NCBI GenBank assembly: GCA_964016885.1
Contig: OZ024760.1
Location: forward strand, 12,338,001-12,402,000
DNA length: 64,000 nucleotides
Reading direction: 5' to 3'
Origin: Eledone cirrhosa
Lineage: Eukaryota
Positions 52,787 to 64,000 of this stretch are shown here, piece by piece (position 1 is the stretch's first letter; every line of letters begins with the position of its first letter). The position numbers and the translations under genes are program-made. The notes beneath the pieces are model-generated. The model saw only the letters and a program-made list of their open reading frames with translations, was not told the DNA's origin and did no database searches.

Positions 52787-54241
52787 GTATATATATATAT
52801 ATATATATATACATATATATATACACCTTTAATGCAATAAAAGCAATAAAAACTGGGTTTTTGAACAGTACTATATATTAATAGAATGGTTAAACAAACA
52901 GTGGTACTATATGTTGATAGTATAATTAGACAGACAGTACTATGTATTAATAGAATGGTTAGGTTGTTGAACAGTACTATGTATTACTAAAACAGTTAGA
53001 TAGTAGTACCTATCAATAGAGTTGTTAGACAGACAGTGGTACTATATGTGGATAGTATAGTTAGACAGACAGTACTATGTATTAATAGAGTGATTAGACA
53101 GACAGACAGTGGTAATATGTATTACTAAAACAGTTAGATAGTAGTACATATCAATAGAATGGTTAAACAGACAGTGGTACTATATGTTGATAGTATAGTT
53201 AGACAGACAGTACTATGTATTAATAGAATTGTTAGACTTAATACACCATCTTAAAAAGAGAAAAGGTACAGTTATTAAGGGGACTGTATTTAATCCTAAC
53301 TACCCCAACAGTTGTACACCAGATGTGAAGGATCTTCATCAGTTGTACACCAGATGTGAAGGACCCCCAACAGTTGTACACCAGATGTGAAGGACCCCCC
53401 AACAGTTGTACACCAGATGTGAAGGGTCAGTGTGGTGTGGCTGACAATAAAATGTACAACGAGTTATGTAGAAGTGACCATATAATTACTGGTATATTTA
53501 CGGTGTTATTAACTAGGACAGTGTTACCAGCAGCTGCATACTTCAGAACAGCAATTATAGTTGTTGTAGCTTTTGTTGTCGTTGTGGTGAGGTGGAGGGG
53601 GGGGGGGGGGTGAGGTTGAGGTGTGGTGGAGTAAGGGGGGGTGGAGGTAAGGTGAGGTGGTGTGGATGAGGAAAGGAGTGTGTGTATGTCTACATGTGAG
53701 TGGCTAATTACTATATGTATATAAAAGTCTTAAGATGCCCCCCCCCCCCTCAGTCACATCAGTAAGTCAGTAGATTAGTAGTGTAGGTCACTAAACTGCG
53801 ATACTAAGCTAAGTTAGTAGGACTTTTAACACTAGTCAGGATTTACACAGTAATTACTAATTACATATTGTAATTAATCTAAAACCTCTCTTAAACTTGA
53901 CCCTATTGCTTTAATCTGGGAAGTTACATTCATCACCACCACCACCATCGCCATAGAAGCTACCACCACCACCACCATCACTGTCACCACCATCGCCACC
54001 ACCATCATCACCACCACCAACACATTGTCATCACCACCGTCACTGTCACCACCACCACCACCATCGCCATAGAAGCTACCACCGCCACCACCACCACCAC
54101 CACCATCATCACTACCACCAACACATTGTCATCATCACCGTCACTGTCACCACCACCACCACCACCACCATCATTGTCACCATCATCATCATCAACCTTG
54201 CCTCAAGTGGGACAACTCCCGTCTAACCCATGCTAGTGTGT

Positions 54242-54388
<147 letters not shown>

Positions 54389-54464
54389 GTGTGTGTGTTA
54401 AGAGTTTGATTTATTTTAGCATTGCCATGTGACCCATGCCAGTCTAGAAATGTGGACATCATGA

Positions 54465-54795
54465 TATTGGTGGTGGTGATAATGATAGTGATGATGGTGA
54501 TGGTGATGGTGGTGGTGATGATGATGATGGTGGTGGTGATGATGATGATGGTGGTGGTGATGATGGTGGTGATGGTGGTGATGGTGGTGATGGTGGTGAT
54601 GGTGGTGGTGATGGTGATGATGGTGGTGGTGGTGATGGTGGTGATGGTGGTGGTGATGGTGATGATGGTGGTGGTGATGATGATGGTGATGATGGTGGTG
54701 GTGATGGTGGTGATGGTGGTGGTGATGATGGTGGTGATGGTGATGGTGGTGATGATGATGATGATGATAGTGGTGGTGGCGGCGATGATGATGAT
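54465..54795. repeat. (GAT/GGT)n trinucleotide array
   Basis: Low-complexity; source of the poly-His ORF. Confidence 0.95.
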
Positions 54796-55564
54796 TATAC
54801 CCCCCCCCCCCCACCTCCATTCAGGGTTCCATTGGCAGCAGCAGCAGCAGCAGCAGCAGCAGTATTTCAATTTTATTAAGTGGGGGAAACTCAGAAGAAA
54901 AACAAGAATAAAAAAAAAAAAGGAATAAGAAGAATAACGGAATGGGAGAATAATGAGGGAGAGGCTGAGGAAGATGGGTGCAGTGAAGTGCAGAGAGGTG
55001 TGGTGTTGAGGGGAAGGAGCATGGAGGTATACGAAGGTGTTGTGAGATGCAGGGTGGTGCACTGAAATGCTGGAAGGTGCAGTGAGGTGCTAGAAGATTC
55101 TTGTAAGGTACGCAGCTGCTGTGAAATGCAGGGAGGTAGTTAGGTGCAGTAGAATGCAGGGAGGTGCAGTAAAGTACAAGGAGGTGTAGTAGAATGCAGG
55201 GAGGTGTAGTAAAATGCAGAGAAGTGCAGTTAGGTGTTGGGATGGAAGCAGGTTTATGTGGGATAGTCGTATCAAGGTTTGTAGGTCAAATATTAACTAC
55301 TAACATAGTTTAAACATGTAACAGAGAAAGGTGATACACACAGTGAGGGTTGAAGACAGTTGCAGGCCCCCTTTGGACACTAATGACCATGGGACTTGTA
55401 CCTAGGAAGTTCCCCTTTGCGGTACAAGTCTGGGCAAGTTTGTATGGAAGACCAGCAGTTACCCATGCATACAAGTCTCCCCCCTCATCATGCCACCAGT
55501 GTTGTACAAGGGAAAGGTAACGACTGATACAGCTTGGCACCAGTGACATCACATCTCATATATA

Positions 55565-55812
55565 TCATCATCATCATCGTTTAACGTCCATCTTCCACGC
55601 TTGCATGGGTTTGGACGGGAGTTTTCCCACTTGAGGCAAGAGTGGTTGTCTTGCTCGCATAGGACTGTCTGGCAGGTTTTCTACGGCTGGATGCCCTTCC
55701 TAACACCAACCACGCTTATAGTGTGGACTGGGAGGTTTTTACCGTGTTACCTACACAGCCACATTACAGCGTGGATTGTGTGTTTTTTTTTTTGTCGTGA
55801 CACCTACACAAC
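55565..55812 (-). mobile_element. SINE related to family A (other copies at 26635-26780, 27000-27215, 28255-28438, 42730-42825 and 62590-62750)
   Basis: (CAT)n-gtttaacgtccatcttccacgct(a/t)gcatgggtt…ggatgcccttcctaacaccaac. Confidence 0.75.
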
Positions 55813-57166
55813 CTCATTTATTTAGGACTGGATGTTGTGGCACCAACATAACTTTACATTGAAAGAGAGAGAGAGAGAATTTGCATATCAGAGTGGACAC
55901 AATACCTTACATAGTGGAGAATTGGATTTTTGTGAGAACATAAAGAATGCCAGTGGGGTGGGGGGCATTATATATGTGAGAGCGGATCTCAGATCGCTGA
56001 AGCTCACGGAAGGAGATGATGAAGGACCGTGATAAGTGGAGAGATGCTGTGCTGAATAGGACCCGTCCCACCCTTGCAAGCAGAGAAAAGCGGACGTAAA
56101 ATGATGATGATGATGATGATGATATATATATAGATAAATGAAAATAGAGAAATTAATGTGAGCAAGAAGCCAACAGTATTTCATAATATATAAGTGACTA
56201 TAACGTCAAAATGGAAAATAATTAACGCAAGATATAGGAAAAGAATATATATATAATGTGAATCCGAAATATATAGGGACTATTAAATCTCTCCCAAGGT
56301 AACTCTCTCTTGTGTTGTTATTTTTACTTTTACCCTTTTACTCTTCCCTCCATTCTACACATCTCACACATCTTATACACACCACGCATCTCAACGTACA
56401 CCCACTTACATCTCTCTCTCCACCACCGGACCTTGTTACCCGGAGATTTACCCATTTGCATTGTCGAGGCTTCCAAACGACTTTATATATATATATATAT
56501 ATAGATATATTGACCTCAGGATGAAGGGTAAAAGTTCACTTTAGCAGGATTTGAACTCAGAACACTGACAGCCAATACCTAAAGTTAGATGTATTCAATA
56601 TTCCAACAACTCTGCCAATTTATTGTCTGGTTTTGATAAAATTTAGTTTGGGTCTACACAGCTTAAGCTCCTTCAATTATTTATCTTGATTAAAAATATA
56701 AAAAATAAAAATGAAATCTTTGTACACGTCTCTCTCTCTCTCTCTCTCTCACTCTCTCACCATCTCTCTCTCTCTCTCTCACCTTCGTCTGTCTCTCTCT
56801 CTCGCTCTCTCCCACAATCTCCATCTCTGGTTCTCACCCATCTTCATCTCCCTCTGACTCCATCTCTTTGTCTCTCTAACTCCATCTGTTGCTCTCTCTC
56901 TTCCCTTCATCTATCTCAGCTCACCATGTCCCCCCCCTCTCCACTCCAACACAACAGAAGAAACCATCTATTTATATGTCAATCAATAATTTCTCAATCT
57001 CTCCACCTTTCTCACTCAATCACCCCCTCTCTCTACAATATAAAACCTCTTCCTTTTCCTCTTCTTCCTCCCACTCCAACTTTCTTGGGAGTTTTCTGTT
57101 GCTTTTTGTTCTTTTCAAGATCATGTCAACATGATTTGTTGCATGTACACACACACACATATATAT

Positions 57167-57209
<43 letters not shown>

Positions 57210-57524
57210 CACACACACCTATATATACACACACACACACCTATATATACACACACACACATATATATATACACACATATATATATATATATACACACAC
57301 ACCTATATATATATACACACTCATATATATATATACACTCATATATATATATATATATATAGACATACACAAATGCACATGCACACACACACACACATAT
57401 ATATATACACACACACACAGACATATATATATATATATATATACAGACATACAGACATATATATATATATAGACACATATATATATACAGACACACACAC
57501 ATATATATATATATATACAGACAT

Positions 57525-57555
<31 letters not shown>

Positions 57556-57999
57556 CAGACATACACAGACACACATATATATATAGACATACACAGACAC
57601 ACGCATACATATATACACACATACACACACATACACAGATATACAGACATAAATTCAGATAGTCACACACACATATACAGACACACATACATGCAAGCAC
57701 TTATATGCCTACATGGATAACCCTACTCACACACACACACATAGATACACACACACACACATACATACATACATACATACATACACAGCACTAACAGGTG
57801 GCTGATGGAAATGGTGGAAGATACTGGAAGTAGGAATTGACAGAGGGGGTGGGTGGGGGAGTAGCGGAGGGAGTAGTGGAGGGGGTGGGGTGTTTGTGGG
57901 TATGATGGGGATAGCGTTGAAGGAGGGGGGGGTATGATGGTGATGGTGGGATGGGTACGAGAAATACACAATTAGAGAGAGAGAGAGAGAGGTGAGAGG

Positions 58000-58062
<63 letters not shown>

Positions 58063-60543
58063 GTAAATTAGAACAGGTGAGAAAGGACTGAGGAAAATAT
58101 TTCAGGAATGTGGGAATATTTGAGTTATGTCATGGTGGTGGTGTGGTGGTGGTGGTGTGGTGGTGGTGGTGGTGTGGTGGTGGTGTGGTGGTAGTGGTGT
58201 TGTGGTGGTGGTGTTGTGGTGGTGTCGGTTGTAGTTGTAGTGGTGATAGTAGTGGTGGTGATTTCTCAATGAAGTAGTAGTAGTAGCAGTAGTAGTAGTA
58301 GTTGTGGCAGAAGTGGTGTTGTACATGGTGGCAATAGTAGTAGTAGTAGTAGTGGTAGTAGAAGTGGTGGTAATACATGGTGGTAATAGTAGTAGTAGTA
58401 GTGGTGGTCGTGGTGGTGGTGTACGTAGTAGTAGTAGTAGTAGTAGTAGTAGTAATAGTAGTAGTGGTAGTAGAAGTAGTGGTGTACATGGTGGCAATAG
58501 TAGTAGTAGTGGTGGTGGTGTACATGGTAGTAGTAGTAGTAGTGGTGTACATGGTAGTAGTAGTAGTAGTAGTGGTGGTGGTGTAGTCAGTACATTATAC
58601 CGTGGCACCAGGAACTTTACCATTCCCTTATTTCAAATGAAAATAATCAAGAATTTGAAGGAATTTAATACTGCAACTAACTTTCATGTTAACAAGTTGG
58701 TGTTTGGAACATAACTTAACGAAGGCTCTCACATAAAATTATAATTGAAGGCTTTTAGATAAATATCTTCCTTCAAAATCGACCGAAAAGATCCCAGAAT
58801 TCATTCACTTACTGAGAGGGGTGGAATCTGTCAGATCGGACCAGGGAAACAATGTTTCCACTGGTCTTTCCATTGCTGATACCAGTCACAACTCCTGGCA
58901 AAAAGAGCAGCAATTTAGTACTGGGGTAGATTCCTCTATATCTCTTTCTCTGAAAGAAATGTCTTTTATTCAAACCTGGAAGAAGATGGATTTCACTGGG
59001 TTTTAAAAATGCCCTATGAAGCACCTTATCCCGATATGGTGCCCTACAACTCCCTCAGGAGTTACGAGTCCCTACCATATCAGATCAAATGGGCCCCTGC
59101 CATATCAAATCTTATGAGTCCCTACCAAAATTGATGGCTTTTTAAAAAAAAAGTACCAGTTTAGTACTGGGGTTGATTCTTCCTCTCTATATCTCTCTCA
59201 CTCTCTCTATCTCTCCCTCTCTATATCTCTCCCTCACTCTCTATATCTATCTCTCCCTCTCTATATCTCTCACTCTCTATATCTCTCTCACTCTATATCT
59301 CTCTCACTCTATATCTCTCTCACTCTATATCTCTCCCTCACTCTCTATATCTATCTCTCCCTCTCTATATCTATCTCTCCCTCTCTATATCTATCTCTCC
59401 CTCTCTATATCTCTCTCTCCCTCTCTATATCTCTCTCTCCCTCTCTATATCTCTCTCACTCTCTATATCTATCTCTCCCTCTCTATATCTATCTCTGGAA
59501 GAAATCTGTTGTATTCAGACTTAGAGTGGGTATGTACTCCACCAAGGTTAAAAACTGTCCCAGCAATGCCATATGCTAATATGGTGCCCCTACGACTCCC
59601 TCAAGAGTTATAGGTCCCTACAAAGGTACCAGTCAAACACTGAGGTCGATTCTCACTCTCTCTCTCTCTCTCTCCATCCCTCTCTGGAAGAAATCTGCTG
59701 TATTCAGACCTGGAGAAAAGATATCTGGGCTCCTCTAGGTTTAACGACCCCTCAAGAGTTTAGGGTCCCTACCATGTCAGACCTTTGATAATGCACTTCC
59801 AGAATTGGTGCCTTTTTTTTAACCCCTTTTGATACCAAACTTCCTGAAACTGCTCCTGGTTTTACAATACAAAATAGTTTTTATGTTAAACTATTTATAT
59901 TTATCAATCAATCAATCATTAGAGGAAACTATTGAACTGTGTATCTTTAATGTTTCCGTTTTATTTTTATTTACAATGCAATTAATCTTTTTTCTTTATA
60001 ATGTATTCTTTTCTCTTTCTCTCTCTCCTTCTCCCTCTCTTTCCCTACCTACTCTCATATTTTATTCTTTCTCTTTCTCCCCCTCTACTCTCTCTTACTC
60101 CTTACTCTATTCTCATTAGTATTCTCTCTCTCTCTACCCCCTTTTCCCACTTCCTCTCCTTCTCCCCCACTTGTCTCTCTCTCTTGTTACCCCTTCTCTC
60201 TACACACCCTCTCTTACTCCATCTCAAGCCCCCCACCCCACCCCCAGACATACGTTTTAATGAACATATATCTAAATTTAAACTTCCCTCTCTCTAAATA
60301 TATACAGACTCTCAGCTCTCGAATAATCACCCCCCCACCCACCCCACTTATTAATTTTTCAGGTTTTCCACCCACCCCCACCCCACTCTCAGGAGAGCTG
60401 GATAGCAGAAGGTCTTCAGAAAAGAAGCAACTGTTGTGGCCCTTTATATATATGTGTATGTATGTAAACAGAAATAACAACACAATCAGTACAGTATATG
60501 GAAGGTATATATTAGGTTAACGCTTGATATAGCAGGAAGAGGG

Positions 60544-60579
60544 TCTTAACGTTTCGGATGCTAGTCTTTCATCAGAAGA
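60544..60579 (-). ncRNA. Minimal hammerhead motif within a ~160-bp repeat (60460-60620); stem II partly mismatched
   Basis: Minus strand: TCTT-CTGATGA-A-AGAC-TAGC-ATCC-GAAAC-GTT-AAGA. Confidence 0.55.
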
Positions 60580-60894
60580 AAGAATGAGAAATAAGATAGA
60601 TTGAGGGAGCGGGCGGGTTGGAATTGGAAAAAATGTCTTTAGATAAAAATAACAGGTCCATTCATGGTTGGCATGTTGACATCTCTTGTAAAAAAAAAAA
60701 AAATATATATATAGATATATTTAATTTGAAAAAAGGAAAAGAATGACTTCACTAGATCTACAAAAGCAAAATTGTAAACTTATAAAATTAAATTGCTTAG
60801 CCCGGTCTGGGAATCGAACTCACAACCTCACAAATGTGAATCCAATTCTCCTACCACTCAGCTATGAACCTTCATAAATATATATATATCATCA

Positions 60895-61226
60895 TTTTTC
60901 ATCATTTTACGCCCGCTTTTTCCCTGCTTGCAAGGGTGGGACGGGAACTGATTCTGGCTTGATTTCTACAGCTGGATGCCCTTCCTAACACCAACCTCAT
61001 TTACAGTGAGTGCTGGGTGCTTTTTTGCCGTGGCACCTCCACGACCACTTTGCAGTGGAATGATAGGGACCCCAGTCCCTATCATCTCATTTCTACAGCT
61101 GAGTAAACTGGAGCAATGTGAAATAAAGTGTCTTGCTCAAGGAAACAACACATCACCCGGTCTGAGAATTGAACTCACAACCTTTCGATTGCAAGGTCAA
61201 TGCTCTAACCACTAAGCCATGTGCCT
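60895..61226 (-). mobile_element. SINE family A, full length
   Basis: Reverse complement of 41896-42230. Confidence 0.87.
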
Positions 61227-61238
61227 GTGTATATTTAT

Positions 61239-61283
<45 letters not shown>

Positions 61284-61592
61284 AGGTGTTCTGTCAAGAG
61301 AGACATAGACCATAGCTGAGTGTTGTGAGGAAGCTCTGGTGACATCAACATATAGGTGGGGTGGTGTTACATACCAACTGAATGTATATCACCACAGACC
61401 CCCCCCCTCAGAATAAAGGAGTGGGGTGTAGATGGTAGTGGTGGTGCTCTACATACCATCTACATCTACTCCCCCCCCCACCCCCCTGAATGCAACAGGA
61501 GTGGAATAGCTGAAATAACTCCAACAGACAGACAATCCCTTGGAAATTGGGCAGAACTGTGGACATGTTATATAGAGCTACTGCCTATAGAG

Positions 61593-61663
<71 letters not shown>

Positions 61664-61694
61664 GACATGTTATAGCGCTACTGCCTATATAGTA

Positions 61695-61726
<32 letters not shown>

Positions 61727-62070
61727 GGACATATCATAGAGCTACTGCTTATATAGTAGTGTGTGTGTGTGTGTGTGTGTGTATGGACATGTTATAGAGC
61801 TACTACACCTAAACAGTAGTGTGTTGTGTGTGTCTTACTCCCTATATAGTAGTAATGTGTGTGTGACCACCTATCCAATATTGTGTTTATGTATGTATGT
61901 ATGTGTGTGTGTGTGCATTTGTTTGTATCTGAACAAATATGAACCTACGTATGTAGCTTCATATGTATGTGTATATGTAGCTTCATATGTATGACCCTAC
62001 ACTCTGGGTACAACAATAAATGACCCTACACTCTGGGTACACCAATAAAAACTAAAGTTAATAGACTTAC

Positions 62071-62130
62071 CATAATATAGATGGAATATTCCAACACTTA
62101 ATTCATCTTAAGTGTTCAAAATTTTAGCAC
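62071..62130 (-). other. Probable non-coding 5'UTR exon (60 bp) of the neurabin gene
   Basis: Polypyrimidine acceptor ttttctttccag| and consensus donor |gtaagt; stop codons in all three frames; same strand as, and upstream of, the first coding exon. Confidence 0.55.
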
Positions 62131-62189
62131 CTGGAAAGAAAATATGGAAAAATGAATTAATCCAATATAAGATGTATCATGTATCTATA

Positions 62190-62576
62190 TCATCATCATC
62201 ATCATCATTTTACGTCCGCTTTTCCCTGCTTGCAAGGGTGGGACGTGAACTGATTCTGGCTTGATTTCTACAGCTGGATGCCCTTCCTAACACCAACCTC
62301 ATTTTCAGTGAGTGCTTTTTTCCGTGGCGCCTACATGTCCACTTTACAGTGAGTGTTGGGTGCTTTTTTTTTGTTCCGTGGCACCTCCACGACCACTTTG
62401 CAGTGGAATGATAGGGACCCCAGTCTCTATCATCTCATTTCTACAGCTGAGTAAACTGGAGCAATGTGAAATAAAGTGTCTTGCTCAAAGAAACAACACA
62501 TCACCTGGTCTGAGAATTGAACTCACAACCTTTCGATTGCAAGGCCAATGCTCTAACCACTAAGCCATGTGCCTCC
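62190..62576 (-). mobile_element. SINE family A with an internal duplication
   Basis: As above, with a duplicated cagtgagtg…ccgtggc segment. Confidence 0.85.
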
Positions 62577-62743
62577 ATATATATATATATCATCATCATC
62601 GTTTATCGTCCATTTTTCCACGCTAGCATGGTTTAGACAGATTTGTCCTATTAAAGGAAAGTTGGGTCCTGTGTCTTGCTCCCACAGAACTATTTCTGGT
62701 TTGGTTTCTACGACTGGATGCCCTTCCTAACGCCAACTACATT

Positions 62744-62783
<40 letters not shown>

Positions 62784-63353
62784 AATGTATATATATATGT
62801 GTGTGTGTATATATATACATACACACATATATGAGTATGTGGTTGACACCTGAGATAAAAGAGTACTTTCTTTGATTGACCTATATATCTAGATACACAA
62901 TGGCTGAATCAATGATATGGTGGTCAAATTTTACTAGAACATCCTTATTACATGGAGTTCTCCATGATCAGATCAAATCTCAGCTCAGCTCAGCTCAAAT
63001 CTCAGCTCAGCTCAGCTCAAATCTCAGCTCAGCTCAGCTCAAATCAAATCTCAGCCATTGCTCTAACATAGCTCACATATTTTAACTGAAAAATAAGCCC
63101 TGAGTATATATTACATCACCAGATGTGGGCTGGGGGTGGAGTGGGTGGCTGAGGGGGGTTGGTAGAGAGCATTCAACCCAATTTTCTTTTCTTCTCATTT
63201 CAGTGGTGTCACGTCACCCATTACAGTACACAGAAACAATGTATGTATGTTGTATATATATATATATACATAAATATATAAAACCCATAAATATATATAT
63301 TTATTGTGTGTGCATATGTATGTGTATAAGTATATCCGCTTTCCCTGCTAGCA

Positions 63354-63389
<36 letters not shown>

Positions 63390-64000
63390 TGCTAGCACAT
63401 GACAATATATATATACACAGACACAAAGTCCTCTATTATGATTTATAAGACATACTTGGGTAATTTCTTTACTTTTGCTTTTAAAGGTATTTTGTTTTCT
63501 GAGTAACAAAAGATTCCACCTACACACACCTCACTATCTCTTATACACACACCTCACTATCTCTTATACACACACACACACAAGCACAGACACACACAGA
63601 AACATAGATACACATATGTACATTATTCTATGTACTATACATGCACCTTTGATGAGTTGTAGTGCACCTGAGCACTGTACCCAATCATTTTATTATTATT
63701 ATTATACACCCAAACCCTTCCCAGACCTCTCTACACACCCAGACCCTTCCCAGAACCCTGCCACACCTCTCTAGACAGCCGGATGGGGGGGGGGGGGGCA
63801 TTCAGACCTGACACACTTTGATAAGGTAGAAAATAATAGGACATAATCTACTGCTATATACTTTATATACACCCACTATAGTCAACTGTTTGCTTTAACT
63901 CCACACCTCACACAACACCCTTCCATTCACCACACCTCTTCATACTGTAAACACCATTCACCACCACTGCCCTCCCTTTACATTCAATACCAATCCTTGT

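Noticed and set aside
53716-53728. TATA box (TATATAAAAG)
   Set aside because: On the strand opposite the gene, in an AT-rich intron, with no other promoter evidence.
60976-61215. Recurrent [17 protein letters not shown]… (also at 41951, 49706 and 62312)
   Set aside because: Antisense translation of SINE family A copies, not a gene family.

Overview
Eukaryotic, very microsatellite-rich animal DNA; the repeat content suggests a coleoid cephalopod such as Octopus (inference, not verified). The window holds the 5' half of one minus-strand neurabin/spinophilin (PPP1R9-family, PP1 regulatory subunit) gene. I reconstructed a probable 60-bp 5'UTR exon (62130-62071), a 2.2-kb first coding exon (52693-50502) with the F-actin-binding N-terminus, and coding exons at 23146-23025, 21973-21884 (candidate cassette), 20749-20628 (KVKF PP1-docking motif), 19171-19039, 12887-12767, 886-782 (PDZ domain) and 228-<1. 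All junctions are GT-AG and phase-compatible. The introns contain micro- and minisatellites, several tRNA-derived SINE families, a decayed RTE-type LINE RT fragment, TTAA-flanked piggyBac-like MITEs that carry their own satellites, and short elements with minimal hammerhead-ribozyme motifs and fold-back structure typical of Penelope-like element termini. Almost all long ORFs in the supplied track are artefacts of simple or tandem repeats.
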